Notes under the pieces: generated by a model
Told to the model about the DNA's origin: nothing
The model's database searches: none
The model's input: only the letters and a program-made list of their open reading frames with translations
Part shown: positions 50,219-59,714 of the stretch, one piece after another
Layout of the letters: each line of letters begins with the position of its first letter
How positions within the stretch are numbered: the first letter of the stretch is position 1
IMG/VR virus record: IMGVR_UViG_3300025362_000477
Strand: one strand, 5' to 3'
DNA: 64,000 nucleotides
DNA from: a virus
Lineage: Duplodnaviria; Caudoviricetes
Made by a program: the position numbers and the translations under genes

Positions 50219-51012
50219 GATGGGTTCTTCCGAGCATAAGATATCTCAAACTGGGTCCCCTCAACCATAGTACTCAACATTCCAACTCCAGTTGATAATC
50301 TTCTAGGATCCCATGTAAATCTATTATTCCCCAACTTACCTCTTATTAAACCATAATGCTTATCTTTTAAATAATTAACATCACCAAGAACTTGAATTGT
50401 AACTGATTCATTAATTGGTTCATCACTCAAATCAATATATCTATTCCGAACATCCACAATACCCAATGTAAAAACTTCTCTCATAAAATAAATATTATTA
50501 GGAGCAAAAACCGGAACATCTACAGTAGACATATTCATCTTAGGAGTCACCTTCCGTTTTGAAAACAATGGAGCGGTTGCAGATAATGGTTTATCATATA
50601 AAGGAACAATTTCCTTCAAAGTTTTTCTCTCTGATGCGGCATTAGTTAAATTCATTATTGCTTCATGAGATGGAACCTTGATAGTTTCAACATTAAAATC
50701 CTCAATAGTAGGAATATCATTTATGAACAGAAGTAACCCCCACAAATTAATAGTCCCGTATTCATAATAAGAAACATAATCAGGTCGATAATATAATTCA
50801 GGCTTTAACTGTTTTATAACCGAATTTTGGAGTAAATAAAATCTAAATTCTTCAAATAAAAATAATTTCGGTGCAACAAACTGAATAGATATTTCTTCAC
50901 CATCATTCTTTTCTGTCATTGAATAGAATCGTCTATAATTATCTAAATCGCTGTAGACTCTAGATAAAATTCTAGCCTCATTACCAATATCCAATGATCT
51001 CGTTAATGGCAT
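50215..51012 (-). CDS. Baseplate wedge protein, gp53/LysM-like
   Basis: YRPDYVSYYEYGTINLWGLLLFINDI motif typical of gp53/tail-X LysM-like domains. Confidence 0.65.
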   Translation of the reverse strand: MPLTRSLDIGNEARILSRVYSDLDNYRRFYSMTEKNDGEEISIQFVAPKLFLFEEFRFYLLQNSVIKQLKPELYYRPDYVSYYEYGTINLWGLLLFINDIPTIEDFNVETIKVPSHEAIMNLTNAASERKTLKEIVPLYDKPLSATAPLFSKRKVTPKMNMSTVDVPVFAPNNIYFMREVFTLGIVDVRNRYIDLSDEPINESVTIQVLGDVNYLKDKHYGLIRGKLGNNRFTWDPRRLSTGVGMLSTMVEGTQFEISYARKNPS

Positions 51013-51025
51013 TATGCATCCTTTA

Positions 51026-51682
51026 TTAAGCAGTTATTTGTTTAGCATCTTCTGATTCCTGAATTCCTGGATACTCATCTTTTTTCCATGTCTGTTTCAT
51101 ATCAGATAAATGAACATTACACAATCTACAAACCTTATCATATTCATTCTCTTCAATAGAAAAATTCTGTAAAATATATTTATATTCCCCATGAACTATC
51201 TCTACTGGCAAATTAAGAAACCCATTATGATATTTTTTATGTAAATCAGATAATAGTACTATGTATCCAACTCTATTCTGAAAATGTAATTCAATAACTT
51301 TAGTTGCAATATCAAAAGTAGAAAATTCTTGATTCTTAGCCATAGAATCATTTATTACTGCTTTCACAACAGTATATAATGTTATAGGGTGATGATGAAT
51401 TTCTAATGAACATTCATTGATGTTCTCATTAGTTAAAGCACATTTAGTATGACCAAGATGTTCAGTAATATACTTCACCCATAACCGATATTCTTGACTA
51501 TAACGAACTACTCGTTCAACATTTTTCACAAAATTTTCATAATCCTTAGATGAAGGAAATGAATTAACTCTTAGAGGTAATTCAAATTGAGAATCAGGTA
51601 AAGTAAACACATTTTCATCATTATCAGCCATTGTATCGGGGACAGATAATTTATTTAAATCCACATCTTGTTCTTTACTCAT
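51026..51682 (-). CDS. Hypothetical protein, HNH-like His motifs
   Basis: C....LEIHHHP...L..LHKKYH pattern. Confidence 0.5.
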   Translation of the reverse strand: MSKEQDVDLNKLSVPDTMADNDENVFTLPDSQFELPLRVNSFPSSKDYENFVKNVERVVRYSQEYRLWVKYITEHLGHTKCALTNENINECSLEIHHHPITLYTVVKAVINDSMAKNQEFSTFDIATKVIELHFQNRVGYIVLLSDLHKKYHNGFLNLPVEIVHGEYKYILQNFSIEENEYDKVCRLCNVHLSDMKQTWKKDEYPGIQESEDAKQITA

Positions 51683-53202
51683 TATTTATACATTGCCTTT
51701 TTGACAGATTCAAATAATCCAGATTCTCTACTTAATTTATTAGCCAAAGTAGAAACATTACCTGATCTCATTTGGAACCCTTTAGATTTTCTTTTAAATT
51801 CATCACTATCATACACTTTATCCATCTTCAGTGCATTAAACATATAACTATATGGCAGAATATGTAATAACCCACCATCAAGAGATGAAATAAAATAAAT
51901 CTTTTCATCTATCTCTTTCATCACCACAAATGTATTCCATCCAGCTTTAAACATTTTATTCAATTGTGATTTATCATTGAAGAAATTCTCACCACCATCA
52001 TACGTCATATCATCATCCCTAAATATAACAGAAGCTGATGAAAAATTATAAAATGAAGGGCTATTTCTATTATGTTTGAATGATCCGGCATTCACAAATC
52101 CTTGAGGTGATAATAAAATCATTCTCTTCACTGGATCTTTAATCATCGCAGCAACATCAACATCAATACCAGCAATCTTCTTAATGGAACGTTCAACGAA
52201 TCTAAATATACCACGAACTGATTTACGTGATATTATTTTAAACCACATTTCAACTCGATTAGTAAAATAATCATCAAGGATAGCATCTTGAATTTTCTGA
52301 AAATTTTGTATTCTACATGGGATAACTTTAGTTCCTATTGCTACTTCTTCTACATCAATATTTTTAGAATCTCCATAACCCTCACCCGGCCCACCAATAT
52401 AATGAATTTTAACTTTAATGGTTGCCATTGTTGGCTGTAAAGATGTACCCTCGGTATCACTTATCTGATAAGAACCTCTTACTTGTGATTGAGAAGCTTT
52501 TTCTCTTTTCTTTTCTTCATCAGCCTTATCTTGTTCTCTTTTCTCTTTATTAGCTTTAAATGAATCATCAGATGAATTTTGATTTTTCAATGCTCGTTCA
52601 ACAGTATTCAATTCACCTCGATCAGTATTTCGTCTCATCTCTAAAGTATCCAAAATAATTTTAAGATCAGTAATAAAACGACGAATTTCTTTAAGAGCAG
52701 ATATATCAGGTTTCGCATTAAAATCACCTTCAACAATTTTTGTAGCTGTTAAAAAAGCAGTAATCTGTCTCATATAAACATTACATTGTGTTTCATCTGC
52801 AACTAAAATAGATTTCCAATTTAACAGTTCTGATTCAGGTGCCCCATTTGCCGGAATATTTTTATCAATAACCTTTGGATAAGGAATGAACTTATCAGAA
52901 ATTTCATCTATGAGTTGCTTTGCTAAAATTGGATCAATATCTTTAGCATTATCAGTTACAACAAGAGGAATAACTCTCATTGCTTCCATCATCAATGTTT
53001 TAGAATCATTATTTTTATGTTCCAATACTAATGGACCGTATATTTTTTTCCGTATATTATATACTGATTTAACTCGGAGATTTCCACTACCAAATGATTG
53101 AAGTATCTGTAATAGATAGAATTGCTCTAGAGTTTTAGCGATAGCCGGATACATGTGATCCGGAACATTTTCTGATATTACTGAGGGATATACAAAAATC
53201 AT
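51682..53202 (-). CDS. Hypothetical protein (probable virion protein)
   Basis: 506-aa ORF with a central coiled coil; AAGGAG RBS. Confidence 0.65.
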   Translation of the reverse strand: MIFVYPSVISENVPDHMYPAIAKTLEQFYLLQILQSFGSGNLRVKSVYNIRKKIYGPLVLEHKNNDSKTLMMEAMRVIPLVVTDNAKDIDPILAKQLIDEISDKFIPYPKVIDKNIPANGAPESELLNWKSILVADETQCNVYMRQITAFLTATKIVEGDFNAKPDISALKEIRRFITDLKIILDTLEMRRNTDRGELNTVERALKNQNSSDDSFKANKEKREQDKADEEKKREKASQSQVRGSYQISDTEGTSLQPTMATIKVKIHYIGGPGEGYGDSKNIDVEEVAIGTKVIPCRIQNFQKIQDAILDDYFTNRVEMWFKIISRKSVRGIFRFVERSIKKIAGIDVDVAAMIKDPVKRMILLSPQGFVNAGSFKHNRNSPSFYNFSSASVIFRDDDMTYDGGENFFNDKSQLNKMFKAGWNTFVVMKEIDEKIYFISSLDGGLLHILPYSYMFNALKMDKVYDSDEFKRKSKGFQMRSGNVSTLANKLSRESGLFESVKKAMYK

Positions 53203-53214
53203 AGTTTCTCCTTA

Positions 53215-53496
53215 TTATAACCATGTCACGTTTTTATCTTTCTTTGAAAGAAAATCTATATTTAAAGGGCGAACTCGCCGCTCGATGTTATTATCAATTT
53301 CAACAGGGGCTGAAATTGGTTTCTCAACAATTAATTCAATTGTTGGTTTATTTAATTTTTTAATCTTTTCCGTCTGATCAGAAAGATCTTTAATAATCTT
53401 TTTTCTTTTTTCCATGCTACGAAAAGCAGAAAGATTTACTGTTGGTGAATTTTCACCTTCCAAATAAACTATTAAATTCTGATCCTGATATTGCAC
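53215..53496 (-). CDS. Hypothetical protein
   Basis: ORF in the operon. Confidence 0.55.
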   Translation of the reverse strand: MQYQDQNLIVYLEGENSPTVNLSAFRSMEKRKKIIKDLSDQTEKIKKLNKPTIELIVEKPISAPVEIDNNIERRVRPLNIDFLSKKDKNVTWL

Positions 53497-53501
53497 ATTA
53501 A

Positions 53502-54404
53502 TTAAACCACATTTTTATTTTGAAATCCAGTTTTTAGATGTGTTATCTTAGCCAATTGTCTTTGATATTGAACCGTTCTTATCTGGGCTCGTTTAACATC
53601 GCGAGAATATTTATTTCTTGCATGAACATCATTAGTATGTGCAGCAGATTGTCTGAAAATTGAAACTATCTTTTGTTGAGTCTTAATTTTACATTTCAAG
53701 GTACATGCTTTTTTAACAGAATCGTTTAATCTCATTTGGTCACATCTACTTTCACATCGAGTTAAAAATGCATCTACAGCTTTAGCTGCTGATCCGGCCA
53801 ATGCAAACCCGAGGACATTACCAGATGAATCATCCATAGCCTCTCTCATATTATATTTTTTTGCTAATTTAACCATGTCAGTTCGAACAGTCAAATAACT
53901 TTGCTCTAAAATTTCTCCCTTGAAATCAGAAATCTTATCTTTGTTTTCACATTTGAGTATCGGTTCACCAATTAATATATTATCAAGGCACATTTTATTA
54001 AATCTTTCATTGATCACCATATCTGATAATTTCTCGACATTCTGAGTAGGATTCTTTGAAAACTGTTCTTTGATATGAGTTCTCATATATTTTATCATAT
54101 CTAAATTCTCTAACATTCGAGCTGTAACACTTTTACTTCTCATAGCAATACTCTTTGCATTTTCCTGTATGATCTTATGATCTTTAGGAATCTCATTATT
54201 AGTAGGAACATAACCAATATGATTATAAAATTCATTTAAATCATTCATCATAGCAGCTTTCAATGACACATATTCATCATAATCTTTTTTCTCAGTAATC
54301 GCATATTTTGCGTGATTATTTAATAACACTGAATCAATAAAATACCAATTCTGTAGCATTTCAATAATCATGGGTGTTTTTCTAGCCATATCATTCACTC
54401 CCAT
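53502..54404 (-). CDS. Hypothetical protein with a C-terminal twin CX3C domain
   Basis: CESRC...CTLKC followed by a basic coiled coil. Confidence 0.65.
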   Translation of the reverse strand: MGVNDMARKTPMIIEMLQNWYFIDSVLLNNHAKYAITEKKDYDEYVSLKAAMMNDLNEFYNHIGYVPTNNEIPKDHKIIQENAKSIAMRSKSVTARMLENLDMIKYMRTHIKEQFSKNPTQNVEKLSDMVINERFNKMCLDNILIGEPILKCENKDKISDFKGEILEQSYLTVRTDMVKLAKKYNMREAMDDSSGNVLGFALAGSAAKAVDAFLTRCESRCDQMRLNDSVKKACTLKCKIKTQQKIVSIFRQSAAHTNDVHARNKYSRDVKRAQIRTVQYQRQLAKITHLKTGFQNKNVV

Positions 54405-54416
54405 TAATATTTGTCT

Positions 54417-54662
54417 TTAATCTAACATATTCTGAATTAGCGATTTTTTAGTTAAATCTTCTGTATTTCTATCAGCTCTATATTCAGCAATCTTCAATTC
54501 TCTTTGAGTGAATAATAAACATCGCTCATTATCACCATCAGCATCTTCTACGAAAACAGCAATATATTCATTTTTTGCATTAGAAAATTTTGGTTTGTCA
54601 GTATTCCTAACACGGATCAATCTTCCTGGTGCAACTCTAACATCATCTATTTTTTCAGACAT
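54417..54662 (-). CDS. Hypothetical protein
   Basis: GAGG RBS; ORF in the operon. Confidence 0.6.
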   Translation of the reverse strand: MSEKIDDVRVAPGRLIRVRNTDKPKFSNAKNEYIAVFVEDADGDNERCLLFTQRELKIAEYRADRNTEDLTKKSLIQNMLD

Positions 54663-54725
54663 AATTAAACCCTCACTTTTTTATTTGTTCTGATTAGATA
54701 AATAAAAAAGATCGGGTTTATTATT

Positions 54726-55961
54726 TTATGAATTAACTGACATATTAGGAGCAATGATAACAGATTCTATCAATTCAGATATAGTTTTATCAAAGATAGT
54801 TTTAAACTTCTCATCATTGTGATATAATGGATAAGCATCTTTTGTCCGAAATTTCTTTTCATCATAACCTAATATATAATTCCATGCCCCTGATTTAATC
54901 CTTTTATTATCAACTAAAAATTGATAGCTAGTCCAGAAGTTTGATACACCTCTATTAAAATCTACCATTAAAGTTATTGGTACATGAGGTCTAAAAAACT
55001 TATTTTTTACAAATGATGCTTCAATCTTAACACCATTGAATCCATATTGCTCAAACTTTAGATCTCCCCTATTCCTAAGAAACAATAAATGAAATGCATT
55101 AAATTTAACAGCCTGTCCACCAGGAATATCTTTATTTCCGAGTTTCTGCAAATCATTCGGGGCACTGAACATTCCCATATCAAGTTTTTCTCTAAGTTGA
55201 TTAACCGCAATTATAGAGATATTTGAACTTCTCATCTTTGGAAGGAATCTAGGGAATAGTTGAGATAACACTCGAGCTTTTAACCCAACTGTTTTATTAA
55301 TATCAACATCCTCTGATTCAATACCCTTTTTAGTATCAGTATTTGCTATAGAATCCCATGCAATAACAGAGGGGCATTCAACTATCTTTCTCTCTTGCTT
55401 AAATGCAGAAATAGCTTCAACTGTCTGAAAGATACTCTCAACAGAAACATTATCATAAGGAACTAATTTTGGATGATTCACACCCATCTGTTCCAATCTC
55501 TCAGTTGTCATACCATTTTCAGAATCATGGTAAGTAGCGAGCATTTTCCCACCATATTTTCTCTGACCAGCAGCAATCGTTTGCCCTAATAAAGAACTCT
55601 TGAATGTTCCTGGATTTCCCACAATCATAGTAAATGTACCAACACCAAAACCACCACCAGCAATAGCATCTAAAAGATCTATCCCAGTTGGAAATCTTTC
55701 AATACGAGAATTATCATTTTTAATATCAATTTTCTCTTCAATAAACTCAGATAGATCAGCTGTTAGTTGAAATATCTGCTCTTCTTCAGTCGAAACTTTT
55801 GCAACCTCAATTGCAGCTTCTGCCTTTTCTTTATCCTCTTCAGTAATAACAACTGAATTAACAACTTGTGCTACAACTTGTGCGGCAACAACATCTTGTT
55901 CTTTTAATTTTGCAGCAGTCAATTTAACGCCACTATCCCCAAGTACTGGATTATCACTCAT
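54726..55961 (-). CDS. uvsX: RecA/UvsX-like recombinase
   Basis: FPTGIDLLD..GGG, GNPGTFKS, WDSIA, VNQLR and PGGQAVKF motifs. Confidence 0.9.
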   Translation of the reverse strand: MSDNPVLGDSGVKLTAAKLKEQDVVAAQVVAQVVNSVVITEEDKEKAEAAIEVAKVSTEEEQIFQLTADLSEFIEEKIDIKNDNSRIERFPTGIDLLDAIAGGGFGVGTFTMIVGNPGTFKSSLLGQTIAAGQRKYGGKMLATYHDSENGMTTERLEQMGVNHPKLVPYDNVSVESIFQTVEAISAFKQERKIVECPSVIAWDSIANTDTKKGIESEDVDINKTVGLKARVLSQLFPRFLPKMRSSNISIIAVNQLREKLDMGMFSAPNDLQKLGNKDIPGGQAVKFNAFHLLFLRNRGDLKFEQYGFNGVKIEASFVKNKFFRPHVPITLMVDFNRGVSNFWTSYQFLVDNKRIKSGAWNYILGYDEKKFRTKDAYPLYHNDEKFKTIFDKTISELIESVIIAPNMSVNS

Positions 55962-56002
55962 ATAAATCTCCGTTTTATAATTTATTCCTAGAATTGATCT
56001 AA

Positions 56003-56437
56003 CTATTCGGTAGATTGATCTTTAACGTCTTCTGATGGTTTTGGTTGTTGGCTAAGAATTGCACCTTTACTTATCAATTCCGCTTCAACTATACTAGCTA
56101 TCTCTCTAATATCATCATCATTAGTTGTATTATCATCTACATTAGAAAATAGTTTTCTCCGCATCTCAATCTCTTCCTTAATTGATTTATTAAATTCCTG
56201 TCTGATATTAAGTAGTGTAGTGAAAAAAGAAGACATCGCTTTTATCTTTTCTTCTAGTACAAACTTATTTCGAAAATCTGCTGAATCGGGAAAAATCCCA
56301 TCAATTTTCAATCGAATCACATCAACTTCTGCCATGTACGCAGATAATTCACTTCGAGATTGAGAAAATTCTTTAAGGAGATTTTCTATCTTTGGATCAT
56401 ATAATCCAATATTATTAATATTATTTTCTTCATTCAT
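56003..56437 (-). CDS. Hypothetical coiled-coil protein
   Basis: ORF upstream of uvsX. Confidence 0.65.
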   Translation of the reverse strand: MNEENNINNIGLYDPKIENLLKEFSQSRSELSAYMAEVDVIRLKIDGIFPDSADFRNKFVLEEKIKAMSSFFTTLLNIRQEFNKSIKEEIEMRRKLFSNVDDNTTNDDDIREIASIVEAELISKGAILSQQPKPSEDVKDQSTE

Positions 56438-56447
56438 CGTAAAAAAC

Positions 56448-56490
56448 CCATCACCTCTTATAGAAACATATGAACTATAAGAAGTGATGG
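56448..56490 (-). terminator. Terminator-like hairpin after the paralog triplet
   Basis: 16-bp arms CCATCACCTCTTATAG/CTATAAGAAGTGATGG (one mismatch) followed by a T run on the minus strand. Confidence 0.7.
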
Positions 56491-56498
56491 TTTATTAA

Positions 56499-57152
56499 TT
56501 ATTTATTTTTATTCGCTCTACGAGCAGCCAGATAACCAGTTGCTACTCCGGTAGTAGCAATAGCAGCTCCAGTAGCAACATTTGAACCTTTAACTTTCGA
56601 AGCTTTATCTTTAGTTGCTTTAGCAATATCTTTAGCAATATCTTTAGCTTTACCTTTAACTTTCGAAGCTTTATCTTTAGTTGCTTTAGCAATATCTTTA
56701 GCTTTACCTTTAACTTTCGAAGCTTTATCTTTAGTTGCTTTAGCAATATCTTTAGCTTTAGCTTTAACTTTAGCTACTTTAGTTACTTTAGTTTTCGAAG
56801 GAGTAACTTTTTTACCAATAGAAGTAACTTTTTTACCAATAGCTGCTAATCCCTTCTTAATGTTAGCCTCTTCAATAATACCCAATACTGATTCTTGTAC
56901 TGGTGCTATATGGGCTTCATAAGCCTTCATAGCTACAAGTTCAAGAGCTTCAGTCTTCATATAATTAGTATCTCGATCTGGATTATAAACCAGATTCAGA
57001 AGCTGTTCATATGAAGCTTCATTAAGAATAAAATTCTCAGCGGAAGCCTTCTTTGATTCAGTAAGTACACCATCTACTCTAACCTGTTCAAGTAAAGCTT
57101 TTCTTGAAGCATAAACTAGATCTTTTCTATCTTCTTTAGTTAAAATGCTCAT
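56499..57152 (-). CDS. Triplet paralog C: conserved N-domain plus Lys/Ala-rich repeat tail
   Basis: MSILTKEDRKDLVYASRKALLEQV start; KAKDIAKATKDKASKVKG repeats; hydrophobic segment followed by RRANKNK. Confidence 0.85.
   Translation of the reverse strand: MSILTKEDRKDLVYASRKALLEQVRVDGVLTESKKASAENFILNEASYEQLLNLVYNPDRDTNYMKTEALELVAMKAYEAHIAPVQESVLGIIEEANIKKGLAAIGKKVTSIGKKVTPSKTKVTKVAKVKAKAKDIAKATKDKASKVKGKAKDIAKATKDKASKVKGKAKDIAKDIAKATKDKASKVKGSNVATGAAIATTGVATGYLAARRANKNK
56585..56765. repeat. About 54-bp coding tandem repeat (3 units, one with an internal 12-bp duplication)
   Basis: CTTTCGAAGCTTTATCTTTAGTTGCTTTAGCAATATCTTTAGC recurs. Confidence 0.85.
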
Positions 57153-57193
57153 CTTGTTTCCTTTTTTAAAATCACCATGATATGATGATTGGT

Positions 57194-57703
57194 TTATTCA
57201 TCATCATCATTTGGATCAAACTTAGATGGTTCGGTTTTATTCTTTGATCTACCAGCAGCATAACCACCAGCAACACCCATAGATATAGCTGATTTTGGAT
57301 GCTTTTTAGCAAATGCAGTAACACCTTTACCACTACGACTAACACCACGACCAACGGCACGAATACCAGATCCGACAGCCTTAGCACCATCCCTAACAGC
57401 GCCACCAATACCTTCTTCGATTTGTCCAAATACAGATTCTTCAACTACATCTTCAGTTAAATAATCCTCATATTCTTTCATAGCAATAGCTTCCAGAGCT
57501 TCAGTCTTAAGTAGACTAGTATCTCGATCTGGGTTATATGCCAAATTTAACAGTTCTTGATAGGTAGCTTCATTCAAGATGAAATTCTTTGCCGATGCCT
57601 TCTTTGATTCAGTCAGTACACCTTCAACACTTACCTGTTCAAGTAGAGATTTACGAACAGCATAAACTAAATCTTTTCGATCTTCTTTTGTAAGAATGCT
57701 CAT
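57194..57703 (-). CDS. Triplet paralog B
   Basis: Same N-terminal ~100 aa; Gly/Ala/Arg-rich tail and GVAGGYAAGR. Confidence 0.85.
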   Translation of the reverse strand: MSILTKEDRKDLVYAVRKSLLEQVSVEGVLTESKKASAKNFILNEATYQELLNLAYNPDRDTSLLKTEALEAIAMKEYEDYLTEDVVEESVFGQIEEGIGGAVRDGAKAVGSGIRAVGRGVSRSGKGVTAFAKKHPKSAISMGVAGGYAAGRSKNKTEPSKFDPNDDDE

Positions 57704-57717
57704 ATTATCCCCTCAAA

Positions 57718-58335
57718 TTATTTATTTTTTCTGCGACCAGCAAGATAACCAGTTGCACCAACAGCAGCTACACCAGAACCAACAGCAGCACGGGCACCAT
57801 GTGTTTTCCAACGTTCTTTACCAAGATTTTTACTTGCAACTTTAACATCTTTAGCTTTATTGCTTAGTATCTTACCAGCTTTAGCTTTACCAGCTTTAGA
57901 AGCAATAGATTTCTTTGCTACCTTGGCCGCAGAACCCAAATTACCCTTTGCTGATTTCTTTGCTACCTTGGCCGCTTTTACTCCAGAACCAGCTAGAGCT
58001 TTTCCAAAGCCAGCTGCTTTTCGAGCAATCATATCTTTTGCACCCTCTTCGACCTGACCGAATACAGATTCTTCAACTACATCTTCAGTTAAATATTCTT
58101 CATATTCTTTCATAGCGATAGCTTCAAGAGCTTCTGTCTTCATATAATTAGTCTCTCGGTCTGGGTTATAAACCAGATTCAGAAGTTGCTCATAAGTAGC
58201 TTCGTTAAGAATGAAATTCTCAGCTGAGGCCTTCTTTGACTCAGTCAACACACCTTTGGTACGAACTTGTTCTAATAAAGCTTTTCTTGAAGCATAAACT
58301 AGATCTTTTCTATCTTCTTTTGTAAGAATACTCAT
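57718..58335 (-). CDS. Triplet paralog A
   Basis: Same N-terminal ~100 aa; AAKVAKKS repeats; ATGYLAGRRKNK end. Confidence 0.85.
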   Translation of the reverse strand: MSILTKEDRKDLVYASRKALLEQVRTKGVLTESKKASAENFILNEATYEQLLNLVYNPDRETNYMKTEALEAIAMKEYEEYLTEDVVEESVFGQVEEGAKDMIARKAAGFGKALAGSGVKAAKVAKKSAKGNLGSAAKVAKKSIASKAGKAKAGKILSNKAKDVKVASKNLGKERWKTHGARAAVGSGVAAVGATGYLAGRRKNK

Positions 58336-58398
58336 TCTATTCTCCTTCATGGTTAATTTACTTACAAAGTAACATACATTGAAACTTTATATTTTGTT

Positions 58399-58665
58399 CT
58401 ATTGATTTTGTATAATGTTAATAATTTTCACAGAATTTAAATTTTTTAAAAGAGTTGAAGTATCAACTATCTTATCCAATGAATCATTTAAAATAACTGG
58501 TAATTGTTGACTTGTGTTCAATTTAGTTAATGCCCGTTTAATTTTCAAAATTTTGACATCTCCAAATGAACCTTTTTTCAGTTCAACATAAGGAATATCA
58601 GGTAAAAATTTTTTAGCTATTTTACATGATTTACAATTTTCGATACCAACGATAATCATCATCAA
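58399..58665 (-). CDS. Glutaredoxin/thioredoxin-fold protein
   Basis: NCKSC CxxC near the N-terminus; LPVI cis-Pro-like motif; near nrdJ. Confidence 0.65.
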   Translation of the reverse strand: MMMIIVGIENCKSCKIAKKFLPDIPYVELKKGSFGDVKILKIKRALTKLNTSQQLPVILNDSLDKIVDTSTLLKNLNSVKIINIIQNQ

Positions 58666-59714
58666 CCACCATATTCTGAAAGAGCTTTAACTAATAAACC
58701 TTCAGCAACTGCTGTTAAGGGATCATCAGCCATACGAACATGTTTCACATCAAATGCAAAATCCTCTTTATATTCTGTTAATACCTCATTAAATAAAGGC
58801 AGGAATCCAGTAGCAAGTGAAGTTCCACCACTAACAATAATAGAAAGAGATTCAGGTAAATCAATATTATCAGTAACTTGATTTAATTTCACTTTAATTT
58901 GATCGAGTGAATAACGAATCATCTCTCTATAATAATAAACAATCGCTTCCCTAGTACGTCTTTCTTTCTTACCACCAATAGTAAAATTCTGGAGGTCAGT
59001 ATTACGTTCTTTAATAGCAGTAATTCTATTAGGTACAGTCCCCATTGAATTAGCTACATTTTCATCAATCCAATCTCCAGAACGAGCAACACTAAATGTT
59101 ACAACTGGAACGCTCTTATACGCGAGACACACATTGACCATACCCGCGCCAAATGAAAATGATAATCCAGTAAATTGATCATCTTGACAATGACTGTATA
59201 TAATAGCCATAGCTTCATTGAATGATTGTGCTCGATATCCGAGATCAGAAAATATTCTATGAAATACACCTTCATGATATGTTATATTATTTTTAGAATC
59301 AATTGATTCAGCTGGTACACTATATATACAATGACCATCATTTGTTGTACCAACTAATTTCTTTATAATCAACTCTAAAATATCAAGACTATCAATCTCA
59401 CTTGGAGATATTAACCCTTTTGACATAGGTCTCTTTACACTCTTCCCAAATATATTGCTAAAATTAAAAGCATCATTTCCAATAATATAAACGGAATCAT
59501 CAGTCTCAACATAGTCTATATTTGATAGCTCTGCCATGGGTACTTGACTTTTATCGAGAGGTAAATACATATTTCTAATAGATGAAATTTCAGCAGATTT
59601 ACCTTTAGGTTCAGCCAGTACTATATTCATAGTCCCACAATCAACCGCGATAATACGAGGTGGTTTCGGAGCTGTTAGATCTACAACTTCTGATTTTGTT
59701 TTCTTTTCAGGCAT
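58662..59714 (-). CDS. Actin-fold ATPase (MreB/MamK/ParM-like)
   Basis: IAVDCGT (phosphate 1), NEAMA (connect 1), SFGAGMVN (phosphate 2), VSGGTS (adenosine) and DPLTAVAEG (connect 2). Confidence 0.85.
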   Translation of the reverse strand: MPEKKTKSEVVDLTAPKPPRIIAVDCGTMNIVLAEPKGKSAEISSIRNMYLPLDKSQVPMAELSNIDYVETDDSVYIIGNDAFNFSNIFGKSVKRPMSKGLISPSEIDSLDILELIIKKLVGTTNDGHCIYSVPAESIDSKNNITYHEGVFHRIFSDLGYRAQSFNEAMAIIYSHCQDDQFTGLSFSFGAGMVNVCLAYKSVPVVTFSVARSGDWIDENVANSMGTVPNRITAIKERNTDLQNFTIGGKKERRTREAIVYYYREMIRYSLDQIKVKLNQVTDNIDLPESLSIIVSGGTSLATGFLPLFNEVLTEYKEDFAFDVKHVRMADDPLTAVAEGLLVKALSEYGG

